NCBI GenBank assembly: GCA_001443375.1
Contig: LDXM01000014.1
Span: 42 to 64,041, forward strand
Source: Chloroflexi bacterium CSP1-4
Lineage (GTDB): Bacteria > Chloroflexota > Limnocylindria > Limnocylindrales > CSP1-4
Length of the DNA: 64,000 bases
Reading direction: 5' to 3'
This document shows, in pieces, positions 39,449 through 49,228 of the stretch (position 1 is the stretch's first letter; every line of letters starts with the position of its first letter). The position numbers were made by a program, and so were the translations under genes. The notes under the pieces were generated by a model. The model was not told the origin of the DNA and did no database searches. It was given only the letters and a program-made list of their open reading frames with translations.

Positions 39449-41275
39449 CTACTCGACGGTGACGGACTTGGCGAGGTTGCGCGGCTGGTCGACGTCGGTA
39501 CCGCGGGCCACCGCCGTGTGGTAGGCGAACAGCTGCAACGGGATCACGGCGAGGATCGGGCTGAGCGCCTCGATCGTCTCGGGCACCCACAGGATGTCGT
39601 CGGCGTAGGCCCGCACCGCCTCGTCGCCCTCGGTGGCCACGGCGATGACCCGCGCGTCGCGGGCGCGCCCCTCCATGACGTTGCTGACCAGCTTCTCCTG
39701 GAGCGACGAGCGCGTGGCCACGGCGACGAGCGGCACCTCGACGTCGAGCAGCGAGATGGGGCCGTGCTTCAGCTCGCCCGCCGCGTAGCCCTCAGCATGG
39801 ACGTAGCTGACCTCCTTGAGCTTGAGCGCACCCTCCAGAGCGACCGGGTAGCCGACGCCCCGACCGACGAACATGAAGCCACGCGAGTTGACGTAGCGGC
39901 GGGCCAGGATCGCCGCCGGCTCCGACATCTGCAGCGCCCGCTCGGCCTTGGCGGGCAGCGCTCGGAGCTCGGCCACCAGCTCGCGCTCGCGGTCCCGCGG
40001 CAGCCGGCCACGCGCCTTGGCCAGGGCCGCGCCGAGCAGCACCAGCGTCGTCACCTGGGTCACGAACGTCTTGGTGGCAACGACGGCGATCTCGGGGCCG
40101 GCCTGCAGGAAGAGGACCGCGTCCGCGTCGCGCGTGATGGCCGAGCCGACCGTGTTGGTGACGGCCACCACCGGGCAGCCCTGCTCGCGGGCATAGCGAG
40201 TGGGCGCGATGGTGTCCGCCGTCTCGCCCGACTGCGTGACGGCGATGACCAGCGTGCGCTCGTCGAGCGGGGGCGGGCTGTAGCGGAACTCCGAGCCGAC
40301 AGTGTTGCGGACCGGGATGCCCAGCCAGTCCTGGAACAGGTAGCCGGCCACCGCGGCGGCGTAGTTGGCGCTGCCGCAGGCGACGAGCTCGATGCGCTCG
40401 ATGCCCGCCAGCCGGTCGGCGATGGGGGCCAGCTCGTCGACGCGCACCTCGTCACCGTGGAGCCGGCCGGCCGTGGCGGCCCTGATGGCCCCCGGCTGCT
40501 CGTGCATCTCCTTGAGCATGAAGTGCGCGTAGCCGCCCTTCTCGGCCGCCTCGATCGACCAGTCGATGACGTTCACGAGCCGCTCGCGGGGAACTCCGTC
40601 CACCCCCGTGATGGTCACGCCGTCGGCGGTGAGGTCGGCCACGTCGCCCTCTTCGAGGAAGACGACGCGGTTCGTGTGGGCGAGCACGGCGGCCACGTCC
40701 GAGGCCAGGAAGCTCTCGCCGTCGCCGAGGCCGACGATGAGGGGCACATTCAGGCGGGCGCCCACCAGCCGGCCCGGCTCGCCGCGGTGCATGACCGCCA
40801 CCGCGTAGGCGCCATCGGCCCGGCCCAGCGCGGCCCGGACGGCCGCGGCGAGGTCGCCCGCGTAGGCTTCCTCGACCAGGTGCGCCAGCGCCTCGGTGTC
40901 GGTCTCCGACGCCAGGCGGTGTCCACGCGCGGCGAGGCCGTCGCGCAGCTCCTGGAAGTTCTCGATGATGCCGTTGTGGATGACCGTGATGTCCCCGCTG
41001 CAGTCGACGTGCGGGTGGGCGTTCAGGTCGTTCGGGCGACCGTGGGTCGCCCAGCGCGTGTGGGCCAGGCCGATCGCCGCGGCGGGCGTGGCGTCCACGA
41101 GCGCGGTGCGCAGGTTGGCCAGCTTGCCGGCCTTCTTCTCGACGAAGAGGTCGCCCGCGGCGGTGACCAGGGCGATCCCGGCCGAGTCGTAGCCGCGGTA
41201 CTCGAGGCGCGCGAGGCCCTCGAGCAGGATGGGCGCCGCGTCACGCGGTCCGATGTAGCCGACGATGCCGCACAT
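39449..41275 (-). CDS. glmS: Glutamine--fructose-6-phosphate aminotransferase
   Basis: MCGIVGY, LEYRGYDSAG, HTRWATHG, QSGETADT, ELKHGP, PRNLAKSVTVE. Confidence 0.97.
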   Translation of the reverse strand: MCGIVGYIGPRDAAPILLEGLARLEYRGYDSAGIALVTAAGDLFVEKKAGKLANLRTALVDATPAAAIGLAHTRWATHGRPNDLNAHPHVDCSGDITVIHNGIIENFQELRDGLAARGHRLASETDTEALAHLVEEAYAGDLAAAVRAALGRADGAYAVAVMHRGEPGRLVGARLNVPLIVGLGDGESFLASDVAAVLAHTNRVVFLEEGDVADLTADGVTITGVDGVPRERLVNVIDWSIEAAEKGGYAHFMLKEMHEQPGAIRAATAGRLHGDEVRVDELAPIADRLAGIERIELVACGSANYAAAVAGYLFQDWLGIPVRNTVGSEFRYSPPPLDERTLVIAVTQSGETADTIAPTRYAREQGCPVVAVTNTVGSAITRDADAVLFLQAGPEIAVVATKTFVTQVTTLVLLGAALAKARGRLPRDRERELVAELRALPAKAERALQMSEPAAILARRYVNSRGFMFVGRGVGYPVALEGALKLKEVSYVHAEGYAAGELKHGPISLLDVEVPLVAVATRSSLQEKLVSNVMEGRARDARVIAVATEGDEAVRAYADDILWVPETIEALSPILAVIPLQLFAYHTAVARGTDVDQPRNLAKSVTVE

Positions 41276-41308
41276 GGCTGCCGGTGATCCTCCCGTGTTG
41301 AGGGGGCG

Positions 41309-42640
41309 TCAGTTTAGTCGCTCGGCCGCGATGGCGGCCAGGCCGTCGGCGAGGGCGGCGATGCGCGACGCGTCCTTGCCCTCGATCATGATGCGCAGAG
41401 CCGCTTCCGTGCCGGAGGGTCGCACGAGCACGCGGCCCCGGCCCAAGAGCTCCTGCTCCGCGTCGCGGACGGCCGCCGCCAGCCGGGTATCGGCCTCCCA
41501 CTGGTCCTTGTGACGAACGCGGACCGCCCGTTGCTCCTGCGGGTAGAGCGGGATGCGGGCGGCGAGCTCGGAGAGGGGAAGTCCGGAGGCGGCCACGATG
41601 CGCAGCGTCTCGAGGGCCGTGACGATCCCGTCACCAGAGCTGGTGTGCTCGGCGATGATGACGTGGCCGCTCTTCTCGCCGCCCAGGCCGGCGCCCGACA
41701 CGAGCATCGCGTCGACGATGTACTTGTCGCCGACCGGCGTGCGCACGATGCGACCGCCTGCGCCCTCGACGGCCGCCGCCAGGCCGCCGTTGGAGAGGAC
41801 GGTGACGACGACGGTCCCGCCGGGCAGGGCGCCGCGCCCGAGCCGCTCGAGGGCCAGAAGGCCGATGAGCTGGTCGCCGTCGACGACCGTCCCCCGCTCG
41901 TCCACGGCCAGGCAGCGGTCCGCGTCGCCGTCGAGCGCGAAACCCAGGTCGGCGCCCGACGCGCGGACCCGAGCGGTCAGAGCCGCCGGCGCGGTGGCGC
42001 CGCAATCACGGTTGATGTTCAGCCCATCGGGCGCGTTGAAGATGACCTCCAGGTCGGCGCCGGTGGCGGCCAGCAGCTCGGGTGCCACCATGCCACCCGA
42101 ACCGTTGGCGCAGTCGAGGACGATGCGCAGCGAGGTGCGCACCGAGGCGGCCAGGACCAGGCGGTGGCGGCGGTAGTCGTCGAGGCGGGACCTGGCGTCC
42201 ACCTCGCGGCCCAGGCCGGCGTTCGTGGGGCTGGGCAGCTCCTCGGAGCGCCAGATCAGCGCGTCGAGCTCGTCCTCGACCACGTCGTCGAGCTTCAACC
42301 CGTGCGCGTCGAGGACCTTGAGGCCGTTGTCCTCAGCGGGGTTGTGTGAGGCCGAGACCATGATGCCGGCCGCATAGCTGCCGCCCGCGGCGAGGAACGA
42401 CAGGGCCGGCGTCGGCACCACCCCGACGCGGTGCACGTCGGCGCCCATGGAGGTGGCGCCGGACACGATGGCCGCGGCGAGCATGTCGCCCGACCGACGC
42501 GTGTCCTGGCCGACGACGATGGCGCCGCCCTGCGGGAGCAGGCGGTGGACGGTGGCCCGGGCGAGCGCGTGGGCGAGGGCCGGTTTGAGCTCGACGTTGG
42601 CGATGCCGCGGATGCCGTCGGTGCCGAAGAGGCGTGCCAT
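41309..42640 (-). CDS. glmM: Phosphoglucosamine mutase
   Basis: LFGTDGIRG, VSASHNP, DGDADR, GGEKSGH, RPSGTE. Confidence 0.96.
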   Translation of the reverse strand: MARLFGTDGIRGIANVELKPALAHALARATVHRLLPQGGAIVVGQDTRRSGDMLAAAIVSGATSMGADVHRVGVVPTPALSFLAAGGSYAAGIMVSASHNPAEDNGLKVLDAHGLKLDDVVEDELDALIWRSEELPSPTNAGLGREVDARSRLDDYRRHRLVLAASVRTSLRIVLDCANGSGGMVAPELLAATGADLEVIFNAPDGLNINRDCGATAPAALTARVRASGADLGFALDGDADRCLAVDERGTVVDGDQLIGLLALERLGRGALPGGTVVVTVLSNGGLAAAVEGAGGRIVRTPVGDKYIVDAMLVSGAGLGGEKSGHVIIAEHTSSGDGIVTALETLRIVAASGLPLSELAARIPLYPQEQRAVRVRHKDQWEADTRLAAAVRDAEQELLGRGRVLVRPSGTEAALRIMIEGKDASRIAALADGLAAIAAERLN

Positions 42641-42642
42641 GG

Positions 42643-43893
42643 TCAGGGGCCCGGCGTCGCTGTCGGGCCGGGCGACGACGTGGGTCCGCTGCCGACGGTC
42701 ACGCTCACCCTGGCCGGGGAGATCGAGACGAGCGTGGTGCCGGGGGGCGCAGAAAACGCCACCGCCACGCTGGCGTCGCCGATCGCCAGCCCGCTCACGT
42801 CGAGCGTGGCGCGCAGCGCCGCGGCGTCCACGGCGTTCAATGCGGCGCGGGTCCCGCCGAGCGTGATGAGGACGTCGGGGACCGAGAGCCGGTACGTGCG
42901 GTCGTCCCGGGCGCCGCTGAGGGCGAGGCCGACGCCGAAGGCCCGGCTTCCGCGCTCGGCCACGATCTCGATGGTGACCTTCACGCTCGGCGCGTCCACC
43001 ACCTCGACGCCATTCGGCAGGGCGAGCGAGACGGTCTGCTCGAAGGTGGTGGTTCGACCATCGAGCACGATGGCCTCGGTCGCGACCGCCTCCAGGTCGG
43101 TCATCGCGTCGAGCGGGCCACGGGCCGTGACCGCGACCGGCACTGCGGTCACCGAGCGCACGGTGAAGCCGGCCGGAGGTGCACCGGCCAGGCGGGGTGC
43201 CACCGGCAGCGTCCGGCTGGCCAGCTCGCGCCCGACGACGATGCGGACGTGGACGCGCTCCGGTTCGATGTCCACCGGCGCCACGATGTCACCACGTTCA
43301 TCGAGAGCGACGAGGTCGTACTCGCCGTCGACGTTGATGCCGCTGGGGTCGATGGTCACCCGCGCCACGACCTCGTGGACGCGCGCCACGAGCGAGCTGG
43401 CGCCGCGCACGGACGCGATCGACGCACCCAGACGAGGCTCACCGAGGACGAGGCCGTCCGGCACGGGTCCGCGATCGACCATGACCGGCAGGCTGCGGCT
43501 GACGACGGGGTCGAGGCGGACGGCGACGCGCTGCGGCTGGAAATCCAGCACCTTGACCCGTGGGTCGAGCGACGTCACCTCGACCGACACGAGCACCGGA
43601 GCGCCCCCGGCCAGCGGCGTGACGTCCGACAGGTCGGCGACGGCGCGGAAGTCGACGCTCGAGATCCGCGCGGCCACGTCCGACGGGGCGTAGAAGCGGA
43701 TGGAGGTGACGTCCCCGAGGGTCTCGAGGAGGAAGGCGCCGGTGGGCTGGCCGGTCGCCTCGATGGGCACCCGGCCGGGCCATACGCGCGCGTTCTGAGA
43801 GAGGACAAGGCCACCGTAGAGCAGCGCGGCGAAGACGATGGCGCCGACCTTCAGGGGCCAGTTGTGGGTGACGAGGCGGACGAGGCGACCCAC
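42643..43893 (-). CDS. cdaR: YbbR-repeat diadenylate cyclase regulator
   Basis: N-terminal NWPLKVGAIVFAALLY TM anchor followed by repeated beta-rich YbbR-like units; between cdaA and glmM. Confidence 0.85.
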   Translation of the reverse strand: MGRLVRLVTHNWPLKVGAIVFAALLYGGLVLSQNARVWPGRVPIEATGQPTGAFLLETLGDVTSIRFYAPSDVAARISSVDFRAVADLSDVTPLAGGAPVLVSVEVTSLDPRVKVLDFQPQRVAVRLDPVVSRSLPVMVDRGPVPDGLVLGEPRLGASIASVRGASSLVARVHEVVARVTIDPSGINVDGEYDLVALDERGDIVAPVDIEPERVHVRIVVGRELASRTLPVAPRLAGAPPAGFTVRSVTAVPVAVTARGPLDAMTDLEAVATEAIVLDGRTTTFEQTVSLALPNGVEVVDAPSVKVTIEIVAERGSRAFGVGLALSGARDDRTYRLSVPDVLITLGGTRAALNAVDAAALRATLDVSGLAIGDASVAVAFSAPPGTTLVSISPARVSVTVGSGPTSSPGPTATPGP

Positions 43894-44834
43894 TAGCCGT
43901 GCTTGCCGCCGTCGACGGCCGCGGGGCGCGGGGCGGGTGCCGGGGCGGTCGCCGTCGGCTGGTGCCTGCCCGGTCCACGGCGGCGCACGAGGCGCAGCGC
44001 ACGGGCGCCACGCTCGCCGGGCGCGGGCAGCGTGAAGACGCCGCGGCCGCGTGTGCCGCCGGGCTGCAGGAGCGAGACGAGCGCCGTGCGCAGCCGCTCC
44101 TCGTCGAGGTTGCGGATGATACGCGCCCGTTCGACCAGCGCGATCGACCCGCTTTCCTCGCTGACGACCACGACGACCGCGTCGGTCTGCTCGGTGATGC
44201 CCAGAGCGGCCCGGTGGCGGGTGCCCAGCCGCTCACTCTGCAGGGTCGTCTCGGCCAGGGGCAGCACGATGCCGGCGGCCACGATCTCGGCGCCGCGGAT
44301 GAGGACAGCGCCGTCATGCAGGGCGGCGCGGGGCGCGAAGACCGTGCGCAACAGCTCCGCCGAAAGGTCGGCGTGGAGCATCACCCCGGTCTCGGCCGCG
44401 TCCTCGAGTCCCGTCTCGCGTTCGAGGACGATGAGCGCTCCGCTCCGCTCGGCGGAGAGGAGCGCGGCGGCGTGCGAGACCTCGGTCGCGACGCGCTGAA
44501 CCTCGCCGTGAGAGCCAGACCAGAGCCAGCCCAGCGAGCCGACCCGGCCGATACGCTCGAGGGCTCGGCGCAGCTCTGGCTGGAAGACGACGACGAGCGC
44601 GAGGAGGCCGACGACGGCACCCGTCTGGAGGATCTGCGAGAGGAGCTGGAAGCCGAACGCCTGGGCGGCGACGTAGACGGCGTAGAGGGAGATGACACCG
44701 ATCACGAGCCGCACCGCGCGCGTGCCGCGGATCAGGCTGAAGAGCCAGTAGATGAGGACAGCCGTGATGGCGATGTCGACGACCGCGATCGGTTGGATCT
44801 CGAGGCTCGTGAGCGTGTCCAGGATGCGGTCCAT
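43893..44834 (-). CDS. dacA: Diadenylate cyclase CdaA/DacA
   Basis: Three N-terminal TMs, VFQPELRRALE, catalytic LHDGAV and GTRHRAA, VSEE. Confidence 0.95.
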   Translation of the reverse strand: MDRILDTLTSLEIQPIAVVDIAITAVLIYWLFSLIRGTRAVRLVIGVISLYAVYVAAQAFGFQLLSQILQTGAVVGLLALVVVFQPELRRALERIGRVGSLGWLWSGSHGEVQRVATEVSHAAALLSAERSGALIVLERETGLEDAAETGVMLHADLSAELLRTVFAPRAALHDGAVLIRGAEIVAAGIVLPLAETTLQSERLGTRHRAALGITEQTDAVVVVVSEESGSIALVERARIIRNLDEERLRTALVSLLQPGGTRGRGVFTLPAPGERGARALRLVRRRGPGRHQPTATAPAPAPRPAAVDGGKHG

Positions 44835-44843
44835 CGTCGAGCG

Positions 44844-44852
44844 ATTGTAGCA
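44844..44852 (-). promoter_or_regulatory. Extended -10 promoter (TGcTACAAT) for the cdaA-cdaR-glmM-glmS operon
   Basis: 9 nt upstream of cdaA ATG, no SD. Confidence 0.55.
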
Positions 44853-44894
44853 GCGGCCCCCTCCCCGACCCCCCGGGATACCCGGCCGCGGGGA

Positions 44895-45842
44895 TCAGTC
44901 GCCGGCGGCGGCAGCGAGATCGGCGAGACGCGGCTCGTCGGCCAGGTGGCGCCGGACCAGCTCGGCCGCCGCGGCGCGCCCGGCCCTGTCGCCATCGATC
45001 TCCAGCAGGCGGTCGAGGAGGAGGAGCTTCTCGACGGCGCGCTCGTGCCAGCCGCGAGCGAGGTAGAGGCGCGCCAGCTCGACGTGCAGGGCCGGCGCAC
45101 CCGGCAAGACCTCGAGTCCGCGCTGGCAGGCATCGAAGGCGGCCGCCGGCTCGCCCGCCGCCAGGTGGGCAACGGCGGCCGCCACGTAGGATTCGACGGC
45201 CTCCGCCAGGCGACCCTCGGCCGCGGCGTCCGCGGCGGCAGCGAGGAGCCGCTCCGGATCCGGCGCGGGCGGCGCGGGTGCGGCTGCAGGGGTGGGAGCG
45301 GCGACGGCGGCCCTTGGAGCCCTTTGTCGCCGGCGACGCGTGGGCGCGGGCGGCACCGTCTTGCGCCGTGCCACCCTGACAGGCGCTGCCGGCACTGCCG
45401 CCGTCTCGCCCGCCAGCGCGACCTCGAGCGCCGCCACGCGCTTCAGGCGACGCTTCGTCGAGCCCAGATGCAGTGCGCGCCGCAGCGTCTCCAGGGCCTC
45501 CGGGCCGCGGTCGGTCGACTCCTGCACCTCGGCCAGCCGGTCGAGTGCTTCGGCGGCCTCGGTGGTGCGGCCGGCGGCGAGGAGCGCCTCGACGCGGCCG
45601 CTGAGCGCGGCCTCATCGCGCGGGGTTCTCCCCAGTGCCCGAGAGTAGGCGGCCAGCGCCTCGTCCGCACGGCCGAGGCGCAGCAGCACGCCGCCCAGGC
45701 TGCTGTGCGGGAGGGGCCGTTCGGGAGCGATCTCGGCGGCCTCGCGGTAGTGCGCCAGCGCCTCGTCGAGGAGGCCGCGCAGGACGGCCACGTGACCGGC
45801 CTTGAGGGCCTCCTTGTACAGCTCGAAGATCGGGTCCGGCAC
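44895..45842 (-). CDS. Tetratricopeptide repeat protein
   Basis: TPR patterns (EALAHYREAAEIAP..PHSSLGGVLLRLG..EALAAYSRAL; ALHVELARLYL); SD AGGAG before GTG. Confidence 0.85.
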   Translation of the reverse strand: MPDPIFELYKEALKAGHVAVLRGLLDEALAHYREAAEIAPERPLPHSSLGGVLLRLGRADEALAAYSRALGRTPRDEAALSGRVEALLAAGRTTEAAEALDRLAEVQESTDRGPEALETLRRALHLGSTKRRLKRVAALEVALAGETAAVPAAPVRVARRKTVPPAPTRRRRQRAPRAAVAAPTPAAAPAPPAPDPERLLAAAADAAAEGRLAEAVESYVAAAVAHLAAGEPAAAFDACQRGLEVLPGAPALHVELARLYLARGWHERAVEKLLLLDRLLEIDGDRAGRAAAAELVRRHLADEPRLADLAAAAGD

Positions 45843-45860
45843 GCCAGCTCCTGCGACGGG

Positions 45861-46200
45861 TCAAGCCTCAGGGTACGACAGCAGCGCGCCGAGGATCGCC
45901 TTCGCCGCGTGCAGGCGGTCCTCGGTCTGCCGCGGCACGAGGCTGCGCGGGCCGTCGAGCACGTCGGCCGCGGCCTGGAGCGGATGCTCGCGGTCGGTCA
46001 GTCCATTGACGACCGGAACCTCAGCGGCGGACGGCGAGCCACTCGGACTTCAGGGCGGCAGCGCCCGCGAGTAGCGCCTCCCAGCCCGCCGCCGACAGCG
46101 CACCTGCCGACAGCAGGTCGGAGCCAGGCTCGAGGCGGCCGCCTTCTTCCGGCTGCCCTGCGGCTCCGATACCGGGCAGTTCCGGGCCGGTCGTGGACAT
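45861..46200 (-). pseudogene. argF: Ornithine carbamoyltransferase-like (argF) relic with two large internal deletions
   Basis: 46200-46021 reads ..SDLLSAGALSAAGWEALLAGAAALKSE (OTC N-terminal helix); second frame reads EVPVVNGLTDREHPLQAAAD fused directly to VLDGPRSLVPRQTEDRLHAAKAIL (OTC C-terminus), stop at 45861. Confidence 0.8.
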
Positions 46201-46226
46201 GGACCGGCCGCCCGGCGCGGAAGCGC

Positions 46227-46622
46227 CTAGCGCTTCGTGTACTGCGGCGCCTTGCGGGCTCGCTTGAGGCCGTACTTCTTGCGCTCCTTCATCCGCGGAT
46301 CGCGGGAGAGGAAGCCGGCCTGACGGAGCGGCAGACGCGCCTCCGGGTCGGACTGCAGGAGGGCTCGGGCGATGCCGTGGCGGATCGCCCCGGCCTGACC
46401 CTGGTAGCCTCCGCCTTCGACCTTGATCATGGCGTTGAAGCGGCCCTCGGTGCCGGTCACGCGGAAGGGCATCAGGATCGCGGCCTGGTCGACCGCGTTG
46501 CCGAAGTGCTCGTCGAGGGAGCGGCCGTTGACCACCACCTCCCCTTCGCCGGCGAGCAGTCGGACGCGGGCGACGCTCGTCTTGCGGCGGCCGGTGCCGT
46601 AGTAGAAGTTGGCGCTGATCAT
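46227..46622 (-). CDS. rpsI: 30S ribosomal protein S9
   Basis: [41 protein letters not shown]. Confidence 0.97.
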   Translation of the reverse strand: MISANFYYGTGRRKTSVARVRLLAGEGEVVVNGRSLDEHFGNAVDQAAILMPFRVTGTEGRFNAMIKVEGGGYQGQAGAIRHGIARALLQSDPEARLPLRQAGFLSRDPRMKERKKYGLKRARKAPQYTKR

Positions 46623-46639
46623 CGTCGGGTAGCTCCTCG

Positions 46640-47074
46640 TCAGGCGAGCGGCTCGGGCCGCTGGGCCTGGTGCGGATGCTCGGCGCCAGCGTAGACCTTC
46701 AACTTGCGAAGCTGCTGGGCGCCGAGACGGTTGCGCGGCAGCATCCCCTTGACGGCACGGCGGATCGCTTCTTCGGGCCTTCGCGCGAGCAGCTCACCGA
46801 GCGTCTCCTGCTTGAGGCCGTGAGGGTATCCGCTGTGGCGTATGTAGAGCTTCGACTCCAGCTTGTTGCGCGACACCGCGATGCGGGCCGCGTTGACCAC
46901 GATCACGTGGTCGCCGGAGTCGATATGGGTGGCGAAGGTCGGCTTGTGCTTGCCCTCGAGGACACGGGCGATGCGCGACGCGAGGCGGCCGAGCGTCTCG
47001 TCCGTCGCATCCACGACGAACCAGCGTCGCTCGATCTCGCTCTCACGAGGCGTATAAGTCTTCGTCGTCATCAT
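46640..47074 (-). CDS. rplM: 50S ribosomal protein L13
   Basis: [43 protein letters not shown]. Confidence 0.96.
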   Translation of the reverse strand: MMTTKTYTPRESEIERRWFVVDATDETLGRLASRIARVLEGKHKPTFATHIDSGDHVIVVNAARIAVSRNKLESKLYIRHSGYPHGLKQETLGELLARRPEEAIRRAVKGMLPRNRLGAQQLRKLKVYAGAEHPHQAQRPEPLA

Positions 47075-47852
47075 CTCCGTTCCCCGATCTGACGGGCCGT
47101 CCGAGGACGACCCGCCGCAGGCATAGCCCCTGGGAGGGGGCGATGGCGCCTGCGAACGCCCGTCGGGGCGACCCGAGGGCCGCCGCGATCTCGTCCGCGG
47201 TCGCCTCCCCGCGTCCGACGCGAAGGAGGGCGGCCACGATGCTCCTGACCATCTGGCGCAGGAAGGCGTCGCCGACCACGTCGATCGTGATCGTCCGGCC
47301 TCGTCTGCGGATCCGGACCCCGTGGAGGGTCCGGATCGGTTGTCGATCCGCCCCGCCGAAGGCACGGAAGTCGTGCCGGCCGACGAGGACCTGCGCCGCC
47401 TCTGCCATGGCAGCGACGTCGAGCGGGGCCCGCACCCCGAGCGCCGTGCGCTCGCGGAGCGGGCTGCGCGGCCCGTTCCAGACGGTGTAGCGGTACTCCC
47501 GGTACCGCGCCGCATAGCGCGGGTTGAACCCGGCGTCCACGCGCCGCAGCGCATGGATCGCGACGTCTCCCGGCAGGAGCGCATCCAGCGCCCGTGCCAG
47601 CTGCCGCACCGGCATCCGCCGCGCCAGGGTGAAGGCGATCACCTGCCCCGTCGCGTGGACCCCGGCATCGGTCCGTCCGGCGGCATCGACCCGCATCCGG
47701 CTACCGCCGGAGATACGCATCAGCGCCGCCTCGAGCTCTCCCTGGACCGTCCGGCGACCGGGTTGCACCTGGTAGCCGGCGAAGTCCGTGCCGTCGTATT
47801 CGACCCGGGCGGCGAACCGCGCGGGGCCGCCCTCTCGGGCGGACGATCGCAC
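47043..47852 (-). CDS. truA: tRNA pseudouridine(38-40) synthase
   Basis: EYDGTDFAGYQ, AGRTDAGVHA, REYRY, HDFRAF, FLRQMVR, QGLCL. Confidence 0.94.
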   Translation of the reverse strand: MRSSAREGGPARFAARVEYDGTDFAGYQVQPGRRTVQGELEAALMRISGGSRMRVDAAGRTDAGVHATGQVIAFTLARRMPVRQLARALDALLPGDVAIHALRRVDAGFNPRYAARYREYRYTVWNGPRSPLRERTALGVRAPLDVAAMAEAAQVLVGRHDFRAFGGADRQPIRTLHGVRIRRRGRTITIDVVGDAFLRQMVRSIVAALLRVGRGEATADEIAAALGSPRRAFAGAIAPSQGLCLRRVVLGRPVRSGNGDDDDEDLYAS

Positions 47853-47859
47853 CGCGGAG

Positions 47860-48213
47860 CTAGACGAGCTCGATCTGGACGATCGGGGCTGCGTCGCCGT
47901 TCCGCTGTCCGATGCGCACGATCCGGGTGTAGCCGGATGTTCGATCGGCATACTTCGGCGCGATCTCCTTGAAGAGTTTGTCGATCACGAGCGGCTCGTC
48001 CGGCATCTCGGCGACGACGCGTCGGCGAGCGCTGAGGGAGCCGTCCTTGGCGAGCGTGATCATGCGCTCCACGCGGCCGCGGATCTCCTTGGCGCGCGCC
48101 TCGGTCGTCTTGACCTGCTCGTAGCGCAGCACGGCTACCGTGAGGCTCTTGAAGAGAGCCAGGCGCGGCCCGGTCTTGCGACCAAGCTTCCGGCCGTCGA
48201 TCTTGTGGGCCAC
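47860..48213 (-). CDS. rplQ: 50S ribosomal protein L17
   Basis: RKLGR, KTTEARAKE, SGYTRIV, RNGDAAP. Confidence 0.96.
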   Translation of the reverse strand: MAHKIDGRKLGRKTGPRLALFKSLTVAVLRYEQVKTTEARAKEIRGRVERMITLAKDGSLSARRRVVAEMPDEPLVIDKLFKEIAPKYADRTSGYTRIVRIGQRNGDAAPIVQIELV

Positions 48214-48216
48214 CTC

Positions 48217-49218
48217 TCAGGCCTCCGCCTCGTCGAACGGCTCGTCGCCCTCGGCGTCGAGGTCCTCGAGGCCCACCAGGTCGCCCGGCTCATCGGGCGG
48301 CAGGAAACCGCGCATGCGCAACCGCTCCTTCATCTCGTCGAGCGACTTCTTGCCGAAGTTGCGCATGCGCAGCAGGTCGTCGTCGGTGAGCTGCAGGAGT
48401 TGGCCGACCTTGACGATGTTGTTGCGCTTCAGCGAGTTGTAGGCCCGCATCGGGAGGTCGAGGTCCTCGATGGGCATGTCGAGCATGTTGGCCGGGATCG
48501 ACGGCCCGCCGGCGCTGGCCCTCTCCATGGGGAGCGGCTTGCCGGCGCGGGTGAAGAGGCTGAACTGAGCGACGAGGACCTCGGCGGCGCGCGAGAGCGC
48601 CTCTTCCGGCGTGATCGTGCCGTCGGTCTCGATCTCGATGGTCAGCTTGTCGTAGTTGGTCATCTGCCCGACGCGCGTGTTCTCCACCGTGTAGTTGACC
48701 TTGCGCACGGGGGTGAAGATGGCGTCGATGGGGATGACGCCGATGGGCAGGGGCTCGGCACGCTCGGCGGCCAGGTAGCCCACCCCACGCTCCACCGTGA
48801 GGTCCATCTCGATCGTCACGTCGCCCGAGTCGAGGACCATCAGGTGCTGCTCGGGGTTGACGATCTCGACGTCCGGGTTCTCCGTGATGTCGGCGGCGGT
48901 CACGACGCCGGCACCGGACTTGACGAGCTTCAGCTGGACTGGGTGAGGGGCGTAGCTCTTGAGGCGAAGCCTCTTGACGTTGAGGACGATCTGCGTCAGA
49001 TCCTCCTTGACGCCAGGGATGCTGCTGAACTCGTGATAGACGTCGCGCACCTGGATGGAGGTGACGGCGGCGCCTTCGAGTGACGAGAGCATGACACGCC
49101 GGAGCGCGTTGCCCAGCGTCACGCCGTAGCCGGCGGGGAGCGGACTGGCCTCGTATTTGGCGTACGAGGCTCCGAGCTCCTCGACCGACTCGATCTGCGC
49201 GTTCTCCAGTTCGATCAT
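48217..49218 (-). CDS. rpoA: DNA-directed RNA polymerase alpha subunit
   Basis: GYGVTLGNALRRV, HEFSSIPGVKED, IDAIFTPV, RAYNSLKR, NFGKKSLDE. Confidence 0.97.
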   Translation of the reverse strand: MIELENAQIESVEELGASYAKYEASPLPAGYGVTLGNALRRVMLSSLEGAAVTSIQVRDVYHEFSSIPGVKEDLTQIVLNVKRLRLKSYAPHPVQLKLVKSGAGVVTAADITENPDVEIVNPEQHLMVLDSGDVTIEMDLTVERGVGYLAAERAEPLPIGVIPIDAIFTPVRKVNYTVENTRVGQMTNYDKLTIEIETDGTITPEEALSRAAEVLVAQFSLFTRAGKPLPMERASAGGPSIPANMLDMPIEDLDLPMRAYNSLKRNNIVKVGQLLQLTDDDLLRMRNFGKKSLDEMKERLRMRGFLPPDEPGDLVGLEDLDAEGDEPFDEAEA

Positions 49219-49228
49219 CGGCGGCGAC

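Noticed and set aside
41276-41308. glmS ribozyme
   Set aside because: 33-nt spacer is far too short; only a small hairpin near the SD
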